Of a stretch of DNA of 64,000 nucleotides, positions 24,191-38,917 are shown one piece after another. Origin of the DNA: Octopus sinensis (taxonomy: Eukaryota); contig NC_042997.1 in NCBI RefSeq assembly GCF_006345805.1, positions 64,418,001-64,482,000 on the forward strand, in the 5' to 3' direction. Numbering within the stretch: the first letter of the stretch is position 1; every line of letters starts with the position of its first letter. Under the pieces are notes generated by a model. That model saw nothing but the letters and a program-made list of their open reading frames with translations, searched no databases and was not told the origin of the DNA. A program made the position numbers and the translations under genes.

Positions 24191-25121
24191 ATTTGGAAGA
24201 TTGTTTATTTCCTCATAACTTGCAAAATATTTATTCCATTCACATGACATTTACACAAAAGATAGATATTGGATATATCTAAACGTGTGTTAAATATCTA
24301 GTCTCAACGGGTTGATAGTCTTCTATAATAACTATTTCTATGCACTTGTTCTTACTGACCATTATATTATGGCCGCTACTGTATAAACATTATACGTATA
24401 TGCATACATTTTATTTACATACATACAGATATGTATTTATGATATCATTATGACATAAAATAAAATTACATCAATCGGATATATCCGGATTTCAAAAGGC
24501 CTCGTACTTTCGAAATTTTCATAATTCACCCTTTCATTTTTTACCTAAAATAATACCGATTCCATTTGATTTGTGTCAGTTATACATTGATTGATATTTC
24601 TTCTTATTCCAGAAGAAATCCCCTATTACAAATATTTAGGTAATCTATTTTATAACTTTTCCACAGTTTACATTAATTACATTTAAGATAAGAAGCATAA
24701 ACCTTGACAGAACAAGTTTAACACAGGTAACTTGAATGGTAAAAGTGCAGTTTAGCAGCTTTAATCCACTCGTGTGATATGTACTGTACACAAGTAAATG
24801 ATTGTGCAACATACAAATCCTGATAGTCGTTGATTTATTAGATGTCATAGAGCGGTTGATAAGAAACAGGTTTATTTACTGAACACACACGCCCACACAC
24901 TCACACGAACACAAACGCATACACGGGATTGTATAACTGTTTCTGTGCACATCCATATATGTATATGTATATATATATGGTGCACTTACTGAGCACACAC
25001 ACTCACATAGGCACACACTCACACACACATACACACGCGCGCATGCACATACACACAATATTGATATATATATATATGTATATATATATGTATATATATG
25101 TATATATCTATATCTTCCTAT

Positions 25122-25191
<70 letters not shown>

Positions 25192-25251
25192 ATATATATT
25201 TAATAATAACAATAATTCTAGGATGGAATTTATAAATATTTAATATATCGC

Positions 25252-25368
25252 TACGTACATTTTCACAACTCACATGATTTTGATATCATAGTTGGTATCC
25301 TTGGGATTAGTGCATTACAGGATACGGACTCTGATGTCAAAATCATGTGATTTGTGGAATTATACGTA
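25252..25368. repeat. Short imperfect inverted repeat (MITE-like relic)
   Basis: ~50-bp arms; CACATGATTTTGATATCA mirrors TGATGTCAAAATCATGTG. Confidence 0.65.
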
Positions 25369-28300
25369 CCGATGTATCAAATATTTGTAGAATTATTGTA
25401 ATTATTATATTTATCCTATATTATATCAGCTTAACCCTGATGCAACTCTGAAAAGCTAACTCACTACTCAGTATAAGTAGACGGTAGCTGGCATAATAAA
25501 CTAAGACTTTATTTGCATAACTTTAACGTTATCTTAAATAAACGAGTTTCAAAGATATATGTATGTACCTCTCTCTCTCTCTCTCTCTCTCTCTATGTGC
25601 GTATATATATACATATATATACTTAACCTAAAAATGTACTCCAGCGTTGTCCGGTTGTTGTTATCTACAGCAACATTGTATTATATATATATATATATAT
25701 ACATATATGTACTCAGTTTTCGAGTTCTAGCGGAACGTACGCACTACACACGATGCACTCTGAATTTGCTCGGGTCTTTGATAATAATGTCACCACGACC
25801 AACTGTTATTGCAGTACACGTCTCTGATTAGGAAAAATTGGTTTGAAATGTTCCAGTCAGTGCACCCGGTGTGCATCCCGAACAATGAAGGAACACGCAC
25901 CGTGGGTGGACTCATGTGAGTACATGACCTTAATTTGATCTCGCATAGATGCGCGGTTTTGCTGTTGTCTTCACTGAGGTTTTCAGGGCAGACAGTTGTT
26001 TTCCATCGCACCACCTGCTTTATATTAGCCGCTTATTGAATGAATAATAAGTATGAATATATACTAATAATGATAAGCAAATTTACATAAATTGGATTGA
26101 ATAAAGGGGAAAATGTTAAAGAAAAATAGCGTTAAATTTGCAACCACCCCTTTCTTCCTTAATTATCTATCACTCCTTCCTTTCTCATTCATATTTTGAG
26201 ACGGAGAAAAACGGAAGATTCACGACTGCTCTTTTGTACGTCATTTCTCTCATTGCTTTTTACTTTCTCCCTGTCCCTCTCGGTCTAGGCTCTTGCTCTC
26301 ACTACTTCTCCTTCACTGAATTACTATTTTCCCTCCTCTTCCTTCATTTATAATACACTTTCTGCTCCCTGATTTTGGGAAAATGTATATACATACAAAT
26401 ATATAAAGCCACTACGCTCAGAATTATATTAGATGAGAGGAAAGATTCACCCATGTAAACTAATTTTCGGAAATACTAAGAAATTTCTTGTTTGGAAATA
26501 TTTCACTCTACATTTAATAGAAGATTATAATAATTCGTAAATTTATCGCATTTTTTCAAATGCGCAAGACTTTATCATCGGTACTGTTTAATGTCTCTCC
26601 GAATGTATTTCCACAGCATATTTTGCAATGGAATTCTACAGAAATAAGTTTTCGAAATTGAACATTACGATTATGTTGAAATTTTTTTTTCATGGAAAGT
26701 ATTCAGCGTCTTCTCGAATCATCTTACCCCGTCCTGAATTCCTTTCGTCATAAATTAATAAAATTCAAATGTTATTTTCACAAATATGTCTTTGAGGATA
26801 TAGATTTCATAATGTTGATTTTTCACACATAAAAATCTGAAATAAATGTAAATTGCTAAATGCTCGGAAATAGTAGTAACGAAATCGGCAAAAATCCAAA
26901 GAAGAAAATTCGTTTTAACGCAATAACGGTAAACTACATTCTCGAAAATCTATCCTACAATATCGCATTTATAAATAATGCATTTTCACAAAAAAGCTAT
27001 GAGTAAAGATATTTAGTGGGACACACCAACCGTTTGATATGCATGAATGTTATTTCAAAGAAAAGCTGGAACCATGCTGGGTCACTCCCATTAAGCTAAA
27101 ATAAAGAAACCTGAACGAATATTCCTGTCATCCTTATGAAAAGGCTATGCCTATCTTTCAATCATATTTGAAGTGATTACTGTGTAAGGTATACATTTAT
27201 ATGATGATTATTTTGTATAGTATGTATATGAAACAACATATCATTTTTTTTTCTTTCGAAAGCACACCCTATACAAGCGTATGCATGTGGGTTTTGACTT
27301 AATATTTGAGAATATTATACATTTTCTTTCCTCCTAAGTTTCTTAAACTGAATAATATATAAATAAATTTCTTAAACTGAATATCATTTAAATAAATTGA
27401 GACATCAGTTCAAAGATACTGAAAACAAAATTACTTTAAGGAACTCAGTCGGGGGCTATAGTGGAAAACACTCTCCCAAGATATTACCCTGTAGGGCTGA
27501 ACGCGAAACTTTCTTGTTAGGAAGCAAAAGTTTTACCTCTTTGCCTCGCCTGTGATTCAATGTTTCTGGAATAAATTTGTTTCGGTGTAAAGTACGACGA
27601 TGAAGACAAAATGGGAAAAAAGTCTACTATTATTGAAACTGGAGGGGATAAAATCGGGTTGCAGGATTGAAAGTTTTCCAAAGCACTTTCTGTATCTGAT
27701 TTTGCTTTATAGATTTTAATATCATATTCATAATCTACACGCACGAAAGTGTATTGGCTAAAATTTCCGTTTTGCAATATGCATCTTTAACAGTATTGAA
27801 GTAACAAAATTTGAGGGGAGGAAAATGAAATTCTACCAAAACATTTTAAAATTTGGTTGAAACAATCTACCCTCCTAAAATTATTTTTCTACCAAACTTC
27901 ATGCTCTTAACAATCCGATTCTGAAAGGCAAGAAACTGTAGCTATGTTTATACTTCGTAACCAGTGTAATAATCGGGAATGGGAAATTTCAATGAATAGA
28001 AGCGTACTGCCATCTAATGAGCACGCGCACACACAGCTAACTCATACATGTATGTGTATCTGAAGTTCACTAACTTCAAATAAACATGCCTCCGTGTTTT
28101 CAGTTTCCATTTTGTTTCTTTGATTGCGAATATAAAATATGACATTAAATGGAAATTATATTCTCGTAAAAGTTTGTCAACACACCTAATCCATCCACTT
28201 TAATTGCATTCTTTCAGTTGCTCCAGCCTGCATTTAACATCGCCATCTACCGCTCACTTCCTCTCCATGCGAGTCTTTGAATAAAAAAGACACATTATCT

Positions 28301-28615
28301 TGTGTTACATGCGATTGAAAGGTTTTGAAAATTCTTTCCGTTTTATGCAAGTCAGACAAGGCATTGTTGCCTTGCTGGACGACGCGTTGCATGCATGATG
28401 TGTTTCGTTACACGCCGGTGCCACCATTCTATAATTTGGAATCGATTATATTGTCCATGATCGATTTCTTGTGCTTATACACTACGAAATATTTCCTTTC
28501 ACGATGCTACCCAATAAAATTATATAGAAATAGGTCCACTGCCATGATGTAAAGCACTAATCCGTATTAATCGTTGTCAAGAAATTTTCACAAATATCCT
28601 ATGCAGAAATTCAGC

Positions 28616-29450
28616 AATATAGGTAGAAAGAACACAAATATACAAGAAAGCTAAGTAGATAGTAACAATATCTTAGACAAGAACTGCAAAGAAGTTTTTA
28701 TGGTTACTCAGTTTAATATCATGGGGTTCTGCTCTCCAATATCGAAATTCTTCCTCCTGTAGCTTTTGATATTGGTGGGCACCTTATGAACGGTATGTGA
28801 AAATGCCTCGTGGAGTATGCACAAGATTGTAGATATTCATAAACATATTGCACCACCCCTTCCACTGATGATCGACGCTGTTAACTTTTCCTTGGCATTC
28901 TGATGACGTGGTAAATAACTATCTATAAAACAAATTATATTTAGAATAATCACAAGCTACACAGATGGATTTTTGTCAGATCGATGCTAGGCGTGATAGA
29001 TTGACGGGATTATTAGAAGATCTTTAACGGATCTTTCCTGAAATTGTCCAGTTTGTGGCCGTTTATATAGCCTGATATTGCCAGATATTCGACTCTATAG
29101 AACACCTAAACCTGACGGTGTGCGAGTTGCCTTAGTGTATACAAAATAAATATCCCGATGAGATTAGTAACCCCAGCCCCGTCGTAGCTCCGATACATCG
29201 AACATTGGCTTTACTTTCTTCTTTACCACGTAGCAATAACCGTAAACCAAAATTGAATTACTAACGATCAAGATGATACTGATATCCGTTTGTAAGGTGC
29301 CTACCGAATTCAAAAGCTACCAGGAGGAAGAATTTCGATATTGGAGAACAGAACTGAGTGAACCTAAAAGCTTCGCTGCACTTTGTGTCTAAGATATTGT
29401 TACTATTTACTGAGATTTCTTGTATATTTGTGCTCTTTCTATATATATTC
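28616..29450. repeat. Long diverged inverted repeat (~180-bp arms, ~480-bp spacer)
   Basis: 28726-28773 vs 29307-29354 are a near-perfect reverse complement. Similarity extends to ~28616-28797 and ~29281-29450. Confidence 0.75.
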
Positions 29451-30776
29451 AATTTGTTTATTTTCCCTTCACATAAGAAGCAGCACGTTACACATTTCAA
29501 AATTCTAGCCAAATACTTTGTTCAAATACCTCTTTAGCTATTCTAGTCTATTCGTTTTCCACGCACATTCTTGAAGCGCTACAATGTGAATATCACCACA
29601 GAGCCTAGGACTTACGAATTTATTTTTGTCCTCTTCTGTTCTAAACGATACATTACTTACATTTTAAATTGTTGTAAGGATTCTGTACATAGATGTAGTT
29701 GTCCGCGTTGAAAGTAATACTGAAACACATATGTAATTACATCTATGTCGATACACGCGTATCAAGATATACATGCAAACTAATGTATATTTCTAATGCC
29801 AAAGACTTCAAAGCTAAGTAACACTTCTCATTACATCTTTCAATTCAACTTTAGTAGTTGAATTTGGAAAATAATTCCCTGTTTTCATAGAGCAACATTT
29901 ATGAATTTGACGCTTGGTAACAACATTGACAAGATTAACAACGGAATATTGAATCACATTATCTAGTGCATTATCTCTCATATTTTGTACATCCAGTTCA
30001 AGTATCTTATTAACTATTTCTTGTTTAAATAAAATGGAGGTATAAAGCAGTCAGAAAATAATTTCACTAGCAAAAATATATAATGCGGGAACATAATATA
30101 TTAAAATAGCTAATCAAAACTGACTGGTCTCTTTTTTGCAGTTTTGAATTGGAAACGAAACAATGTGCTAGATGTAATGTTTACTGCAGTAAAAAAGCGT
30201 TTATTTTCTTCTACATCATTTCATATGACTCATCTTCTGCATAAACAATCTTTGTGATACATAAACAATGAATTTTCTGTGATCACATGAGTGATATATC
30301 GAAAGAATATTCAGTAATTTGCGTTTATACACTTCAGAAATATTTTATCGAGATAAAAGAAAAAATGTAAAACCAAATATTAAAAGACTTTCACTCTGTA
30401 TCACAAAGTGTGTTTGTAGCATCCACCTGATATCAACAGGTTAAATATATCCCTATAGAATAAAATATCTTTTTTCCAGATAATTCAAAGTTATCATTAA
30501 AGGATCACATGTGTCACTAGATTATTTTTCCATGGAAGGCCAATGGCACAAATTGCAACATTAGATGAAAGTAAATATATTTATGTATCACATCTTAAAT
30601 AAGTTGCACCTACTTCTAGCAGCAGTGAAGAATGCGAAACAAATCTAAGGAGCAAAATTTATAAGGAAACTAGAAAATAAAGAGGGGATTTACAATATAA
30701 AGGCTGAGAAATTATATGGAGTTTTTAGTGTACATTACCTAAGAAAAGTGGAACATCTGAACGTTCCATTCAACCG

Positions 30777-32203
30777 TACGAGGTGGTATTAAATGTTCCC
30801 GAACTCCAACACTTCGCGCTCCACATGTCCCGTCACTTTTGCCGGATGTCCTCCTCCAAAGGCCTCAAGACGTCGCACTAGAACTCTCGATCGACGGCCT
30901 GGCCCTAAAGTCGAATTCTCGATTCACAATACCTCGCATGTCAAAAACAAACGACGCTCTTGATTGAGTTGCAGCAATGTCGTGCCTTATTAGGTTATAT
31001 AGATCGAAGACACTTCCATTATCGTGACTGCTGTTTTTTCTCAAGGTTGTACCAGTCGACCAACTCTCGTCACCGTTAATGGTCCGCGACACAAAGAATG
31101 AATCATCAGTGGCACGCTGACGGAGATCTTGACAGACTTCAATGCGATGTTATTTATTCTCTGTAGTCAGCTGGCAGAGGAAAAAAATTATCAGAGATAC
31201 GCCTTCTCTGCCTCCAACGTGCTTTATGGAATGTTTCGAATGACAGGGGCGCTCAACAAGCAAAAGAATGTCACTGGAATGCGATGAGTGATCTGGAAGA
31301 CTTGTCACGAGCGTCACCCACGAAAATGTGAAAATTCATCAGTTTGTAGTGTCGATCGTCAGAGGAGAAATAACAACATTACTAATGTTGCTGGCCTGTC
31401 GTATGGGTCCATGCAGGCAGTATGGACGTCTAAATTGGAAATCGTAGTATGTCTCTGCCAAGTTTGTTCCCTACCTGCTGAAAGAACATCACATCTCCGC
31501 CAACGTGCTACTGATGACCCATCCTTTATGCCGAGGATTATCACTAGTTGAAAGTTGAGTCTACTTGTACAACCCTAACACGAAGCAGTAGTTGCGATAA
31601 TAGAAATGTCCTTCATCCCTACGGCCGAAGAAGGTACGAAAGAGCCGCAACACAAGAGCATGCTCATCGTTTCTTTTCGACATCTGCAGTATTGTGCATA
31701 AAGAATGAGTTTCCTAGGGCCAGACCGTCAATTGAGGGTCCTGCTGCGATGTTCTGAAACATTCGAGGGAGGACATTCAGCGAAAGTGACCGGATACGTG
31801 GGGCACGAGGAACTGGATTCTTTACAACAATAATTCATTCAGTTACCGAGCTCTCATCACTCGTGAGTTTCTTGCAAAAAACAACATGGTATCGCTTCAA
31901 CAACCACACTATGCATCAGATTTAGTACCTGAGGAATTCCATCTCCTCTCTAAGATGAAAAGGCAGTTAAAACGTTGCCGTTTAAACACCATTGTCGAGA
32001 TCCAGAACAAATCGATTAAGGTCCTCGACTCGCTTACGGAAAACGACTTCCAGCCTGGATGTCAAAAGTGGAAACAACGCCAGAACATGTCTATTGCTAC
32101 GCAAGGTAACTATTTCGAAAGAGATGATTTGAAAAGTCAGATAAATAAGTTATTTTTTTTATTAAAAATAATTATTCCGGGAACCTTTTGATACTACCTG
32201 GTA
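30777..32203 (+). mobile_element. Degenerate mariner with an internal inverted transposase segment
   Basis: TIRs TACGAGGTGGTATTAAATGTTCCCGAA and the reverse complement of TTCCGGGAACCTTTTGATACTACCTGGTA. Plus-strand 'QPHYASDLVPEEFHLLSKMKRQLK...QGNYFERD'. Minus-strand 'INGDESW' and 'FDMRGIVNREF' at ~30830-31230. Confidence 0.85.
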
Positions 32204-32530
32204 ATTTTGAACTAGTGTGAACTTTAGATTAATTTCATTCAATTATCCAATTTACGCTCTCCATATCAAAATGCACCTGGAAATGCGAATATTAACGTAT
32301 GTGACGACTGAATCTAATACCTTGGACATTCGTTCTATGTATGTGTAAGTTCTGTAATATAGAAAGGATGTAAGGAGGGATACTGTATAAATAGGAATAT
32401 ATACTTATATCTAGTTCCAAGTTTTACCCAAGGAATGATTAATTCTCATGTTTAAAACTACCTATCACCTCATTACGCATAGGTTAAGACTGAAAGCATG
32501 CACTTATAACCCAATTTAATTGTATGAACA

Positions 32531-33729
32531 TACAGGGTGCGGACGGTATTTGAGGACATATTATTTTATTTGGCTAACTTTTATAGAACTTCTATTTCAG
32601 AAAATAAAAATGACAGGCGTATGCTTACTAATGAAATGAAAATGCTTGCTATAGTTGTGGCTTTGAAGGCTAAGCATGGTTATTTAGAAATTTCTCGTTT
32701 TCTGAATGGTGCAAGATTTTATGTCCACAACATTCTGTATGTGTGAGAGAAAGAAGATGGAAACATTTTACCTGTATCAAAACGTACAGAACATTCCAAA
32801 CGCTTTGATTCTCTCAGGACACCTGGAATTGTTCAGTAAGTTAAGCAAAACATGGAATAAAATCCAGTAAAATTAATGAGGTCAATTTCAAGAAGATTTC
32901 GTGTGTGCGAAACAGAAAAGCAATCAGAAATGTTATGCATGAAGACATCTTTTTCAAATTTTACGTGATGAGGAGTGGTCAAATCGAGTCAGAGAAAACA
33001 GAAGAAAACCGTTTTGAACAAACTTAAAAATCTAATAGAAACAGATTTGATTTCGCTTTTCTCAGATGAGAAAAACTTTGACCAGGGCCAGAAACTAACA
33101 GAAGAAATGACAGATGGCTATGTGCAGACCCTTCCAAGTGTAATGCACACAAAATTTCTTGCAAGTGTCATAGCTTTGGATAAGTGATGCTTCCTCGCGT
33201 TTTTCCCACAAGGCCTTGGGATGAATACTTCAGCGTATATTGAAGTTCTGGATAGGTTGATAAGCTTTGGATCAACAGCGTATGCAATGGAAGGCCGTAT
33301 GTCTTTCAACAAGATTTTTCCCCATCACACAAGAAACAAATGACACATGAAAGGACGGCCGACGATTTGCATGATCATATCATCCCCAACATTCTCCAGA
33401 TCTCCAGATCTCAATTACTCGACTACTATGTATGAGGCATCTTTGCGAAAAATGTCAATGAACACCCCCACTGCACCAAAATATTTTGAAAGCCGCCATA
33501 GTTCGAGGATATGTCTGATAGGGACAAGAATCACTTAATCCGACCTTGTAAACTATTTCGACACCGTGTTATTGATGCTTATGGTGGTTTTATTGAATGA
33601 AATTATTAAATTGATTATTTACCTTTATGTTCATGCTATTTTTCTCAAAAATACAGGTTTTTTTCTGTTCTTATATAAGCGATTTTTAAAAAGCATAAAT
33701 CTCTCCTCAAATACAGTCTGCAGCCTGTA
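32531..33729 (+). mobile_element. Degenerate Tc1/mariner-superfamily element, maT/DD37D-like
   Basis: TA-flanked TIRs CAGGGTGCGGACGGTATTTGAGGA and TCCTCAAATACAGTCTGCAGCCTG. Motifs 'LFSDEKNFDQGQK', 'YVFQQDFSPSHK', 'SRSPDLNY'. Confidence 0.82.
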
Positions 33730-33921
33730 TAGATGTGCGAAAAATTATTGGTGTATACAATGCTTTGAGTATATAATTACATGTACGTATAAGTGCACAA
33801 AATGAAGAACAATACATCACCTTCCGGTTATATATTTAACGTAATAAAGAGTGGTTTTTGCGCTATGGAAATCAAGTAAACTTTAGGGGCAATTTCGCAT
33901 ACATCCAGACATACAAAGACA

Positions 33922-33980
<59 letters not shown>

Positions 33981-34501
33981 TGATACACCCATATGTATAT
34001 CTATAAATATATATCATACAGAGAGAGAGAGAGAGAGAGAGAGAAATAGGGAGATATGGTGAGAGAAAAAGAAGGGAAAGAAAACAGGAGCAGCAGGCAG
34101 AGGTTGAGAAAGACTAGAGTACGGAGTACATGTTAGCACTTCAGAACCCACCCCTTTTTCTTGAGAAATTAAGAATAAAGTATTAAAATTGCTTCTCAAA
34201 AGTGTTACAGTTGAAGTTTCCCTGTATTTCCTTATATTTCAAATTGGCATCCTTACAAATGAAACTAAATGAATATGATTCCTCCATTTCATAATATGTG
34301 AAAGCAATTATAAGAAGCGTGTTACTTTAGAGTAGATATGGGAAAGGGAAACATCAGATTGTGGTAATGTAATTATTTGAAAGAGATTTGGCTGTTACGG
34401 AACCGTAATTCAGAGACCAATATACTCGAGAAAATACGGAGATAAGCTCCCTGAATGGCAATTTGTACATGACCGAAAAAATCTTTCATTATGTCGCTTA
34501 G

Positions 34502-34585
34502 GTTATTAAATTGGATTCAAACGAACGTCTGTCAAACACAGAGATAAAACATACGACAAAAGTAAAGTATGTCGAAATCTTGACA
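34502..34585 (+). CDS. Candidate internal coding exon of an unidentified host gene (VIKLDSNERLSNTEIKHTTKVKYVEILT)
   Basis: Acceptor TTTCATTATGTCGCTTAG, donor GTAAGT, 84 nt, only one frame open. No homology recognised. Confidence 0.35.
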
Positions 34586-35730
34586 GTAAGTTAAAGAAGC
34601 GAATTTTCTAAGATGAACATGGAGAACTGAATGACAGCTTTTCCATTAAAATTGATGAAAATCCACTCTTTATATGAAAATGTAGTAAAGAGAACATATC
34701 TTTAATATCCATTGCATTAAGGCTTCAGAGTAAATTGGACTAATTTTAAAGATTATTCTTGCCACTATTTTCTTGTGTCTTTATGATATTATAAAAACGC
34801 TTCTTATTTAAATAGTCAAGAAGTCACAAGTTTACGTTGATAGCAAAATTACCCCACAGAGAATCCTCTTCAGTGAACTAGGAATTTACTACGTGGTTGT
34901 TTAGGCAGCTAGAAATTACAGACAAATCTACCGCACACAAATATTCACAGCATTCAAACAACAATACCTTAGAGGATATATAATCCAATATATACAAAAA
35001 GTCAACAAAATTATAATGGAAAAATGTTTAACTATTAGCTGAGTCAATCACAGCTGATTAACTAGATAAGGTGTACATTCAAATAACGAATAAGGGCGGG
35101 TCAAACACAAGCTCCCCAATTGGTTTACTTTCGCCTTCTGTTTTGTATAATTGTGTATATAAAAGCCCTGTCTATCAGAATACAGATTAGTATTATCACT
35201 ACTCATAGATGTTGACATGTTAGTTATGTGAAGAAATTATTTCCCGAAGCCAAACCATGTTACTGGTTACAGAAGGCTTTTCATAGCGTTATATATATGT
35301 GTTCGTGTGTGTGTGTGTGTGTGTGTTTGATTGTGTGTGTGTGTGTGTGTGTGTTTGATTGTGTGTGTGTGTGTGTGTTTGATTGTGTGTGTGTGTGTGT
35401 GTGTTCGCACGAGCTGTGTGTGTGTATTGAAACAGAAAACTAGAAAACATTTTTAGCATTATTCATTCCCCATCACACAAGTTTCATTTCCTTCAAGGCA
35501 AGAGAGAAGGAGTACGTACAGTAAAAGTCATCTAAGAAACATCTATTAAAACCTCATCACACAGGGAATTATATAAATATTCAAATTTGTTAACTGTGTG
35601 ATAAGCATTTGAGTATGTCGCAATTTTGGGTACATGGCGGCTGTTATTAAAGTTTATCTAGTTTCCTGCTAATGAAACGTATCGCAGGCTGACAGAAAGA
35701 ATGGATTACTAATCACCTTTTTCATTTCAG

Positions 35731-35813
35731 TACTATTATGAGAAGATCACCGAATTCACGACATTCAAAATTCCTTGTTGGGTCAATAGCATCAATTTCA
35801 ATGTTTCTTGGAG
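35731..35813 (+). CDS. Candidate coding exon (YYYEKITEFTTFKIPCWVNSINFNVSW)
   Basis: Acceptor CACCTTTTTCATTTCAG, donor AG|GTAACT. Phase 0 is compatible with 34502-34585. Confidence 0.35.
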
Positions 35814-35993
35814 GTAACTTCATTCAGGTTTCACGTCTAAAATAAGCAGCAATAAAACGAAATAATTTAGTAGTTCTCCAAATCCCTTCAACTGTATTTC
35901 ATACGGAAATACGGAACTGCCATGCTTTTCAGATTTATCTCATTTCATTATCACTTTATATATCCATATATCTCTGTATATACGTAAATGCAG

Positions 35994-36028
<35 letters not shown>

Positions 36029-36067
36029 CACACACACGCGCGCGCGCACACACACATACACACACAA

Positions 36068-36098
<31 letters not shown>

Positions 36099-36241
36099 CA
36101 TACACATGCTGAACCGCTGAACGCTACACATTTTTTCCATTATCTCTGTTTATTTTCTTTTATTCCTTTCTGTTGAAGAACGTAAAATCCTTGCTTGTGG
36201 TTCATACATCTATCTTCGTCATTTGTGTTTGTATAAATATC

Positions 36242-36299
<58 letters not shown>

Positions 36300-36362
36300 T
36301 ATATATATATACATATAATACATATATATATATATACATATATATACATACATATGTATATA

Positions 36363-36442
<80 letters not shown>

Positions 36443-37006
36443 ATATATACGTAAACACAAATACACACACACACACATATATATATATGGTTAATAAGGC
36501 TACAATTGGTTTGATGCCGAGAATTCTCAGCAATTATGAAGCCTAAAACATGGGAAGTTGGTATCCTTTCACCATGGATGAGAATATACAAATAAAAGTT
36601 TATTCTCAGTATCAACTGATACTCTTGTTAACACAGGTAAAGAATATTAAGCACAAAAGCAGCGTTAGCACGCATTCTCACTGTTCGATATAAACGAATA
36701 TATACATATATATCTATGAGTGAGGGTTTTTGTTTAGAACAGGGTGCCACAAAATATCGGAAAACTACAAATAATTACCTAGCATCTTATTATACTTAGA
36801 TGAACAATACAGGCAATTAAAGAATATCAATTTGTGTAAACTTTATGGCAATAATTGTCAGCTCTAAACAAGGAGGCCTCAACATACAAAAAAAATCCAC
36901 AGGCATCAATCCTATCTTACATAAACCTCCCTTATCAGCTGCATAGTAAATATCACTATAGTTTCAAAATATTATGAGTGACTTTTAATTTCACCTCTGT
37001 TAACAG

Positions 37007-37057
37007 AATGAAACACAAGACATCGATACCTCAAGCAGATGGTTCTGGGATATTGCA
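37007..37057 (+). CDS. Candidate coding exon (51 nt)
   Basis: Acceptor TTTCACCTCTGTTAACAG, donor GTAAGT. Two frames are open (MKHKTSIPQADGSGIL or NETQDIDTSSRWFWDIA). Confidence 0.3.
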
Positions 37058-38824
37058 GTAAGTGTTGAAGGTGAAACAAGAATCACATATAAGTTGCCGC
37101 AATCAAAATTTTGGAGACAACAGTTTGTTAAATTTATCTTTGTCGTCCGAAACTGACACCTAAGCAGTTTCATAGAAAGAGCGCTTACGTGAAGATCAAA
37201 AGAATATCACGCCATAAGTCTGACGCATAAACAAACAGGAGTCATATATGGAATTATTCCATATTAATCCTTTCTTTATTACAAAACTCAATTCAATTCT
37301 ATTCTTGCTGTAATGGCTTCTTAAATCAATTAATACTTTTCAAACTGTATATGTATCATTATGTTTGATATAGTTTTCCGAGAATTTTTAGAATTATTGC
37401 GCGAATACATTATCGGGAAGCATAGCATAAATGTTTTCAATATGTTTTATTTTCATAAAATATGATTAACATATGTGGTTATACTATTAAAAAATGGAGT
37501 TTCGAAAGGTGCTGTGCCAAAACACAATCGATATGTACATTATCGTCGTACATTTACATCAGGTGCAAGAAGAAAATTATCATTTAAGCAGGTAAATTCT
37601 GGAAGCAGTTGGCCGTATATATTTTCCTTCTTTCATTCATTCTATTTTGGTTATTCCTTGTTTTTTATAAATTTCATTCTTTTTTTCTTTGTACAAGATC
37701 TCCATTCTGCTCAACACCATCATATCAATAACCACGCTGTGTTAAATGGCATATTGATTCCAAATATGTTACTCCTTCGTTTTATACTACTACTACTACT
37801 ACTAGCACCACCACCACCACCACTACCATTACCACCACCACCACCACCACCACCAATACCACCTCTATGTCTGCTACTACGAAAACCATCACTACGTATA
37901 GGACTGTTATCCTCTCGACGACGACCAGATCTACTACCATCACCACCACCACCACCAACACTACCCCAACTGCTGATACTACTACTAATACTGCAAATAT
38001 TACTTATTAGTAATAATGACAGTAATGGTCACGACGGTTATGCTGGTGATCATGTTGACTCTGATGTTCTTGTCTTGAATTTGCTTCTATATTCGTTATT
38101 CAAGTGTTGTCCATGATAAACCTGGGACCTTGGGACATTAGAGTAACTGGGGAAAGGTGAGATACTAACGTGTTCCCCGTCTTGTGAAAAGTAGAAAGAA
38201 AATTTCCTGCAAACTTCTATCTTTCAGCTCTGGTTACCACCATAGCTACGTTAAGAGATGAGAGTTTATATTGATAATAAAATCATTGAAGTGAAGTTGA
38301 GTGCTTTGTATTGGAAGTGCTTCCGCTCGCATGTCAATGTTTATTGAGATTTAAATAGGTTAGTGTTAGTTGTGGAGGTGAGGATTGAGTATGTTGTGCA
38401 TAACTCAGGTGATGTTCTTTGTACTATTCCGTATTTTGCTAAGATATCCGCTTGCATTTTTTGATAGCAACTATAGTATACGTTTATTTTATGTTATTCT
38501 TTATCTATTTTAAATTTAAAGAAATGCTTCTTAAAAGCTTTTTTACAAAGTGCAGTAATTCTTTTTATTAATTGATTTATGAACTAATTAACCAGGGTTA
38601 ACATGTGTACCTGAGTGTTTTCAGTGATAGATAATGGCTAAATCATTACTAGGCCGTAAAGGAAATACTTGATACATTACTTAAAACATGTCGAATTAAT
38701 GCTACATTTACGTTTCCTACTTAAATAGGCATTTCTGGTGAAAATCTAATGTTTCCAATGTTGAAGTGAAAGTAATATAGAGCTATAATGCAATGTAAAA
38801 GCCTTTAGATACATATATAGATAG

Positions 38825-38868
<44 letters not shown>

Positions 38869-38877
38869 TATATATAG

Positions 38878-38917
38878 ATAGATAGATAGATTGATAGATA
38901 GATAGATAGATAGATAT

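Noticed and set aside
30480-30570. Exon-like segment with a good acceptor and donor
   Set aside because: All three frames contain stops.
37475-38116. 213-aa ORF with poly-Pro and poly-Leu
   Set aside because: It is built largely from (CTA)n and (CCA)n runs, with no domain or recognisable motif.
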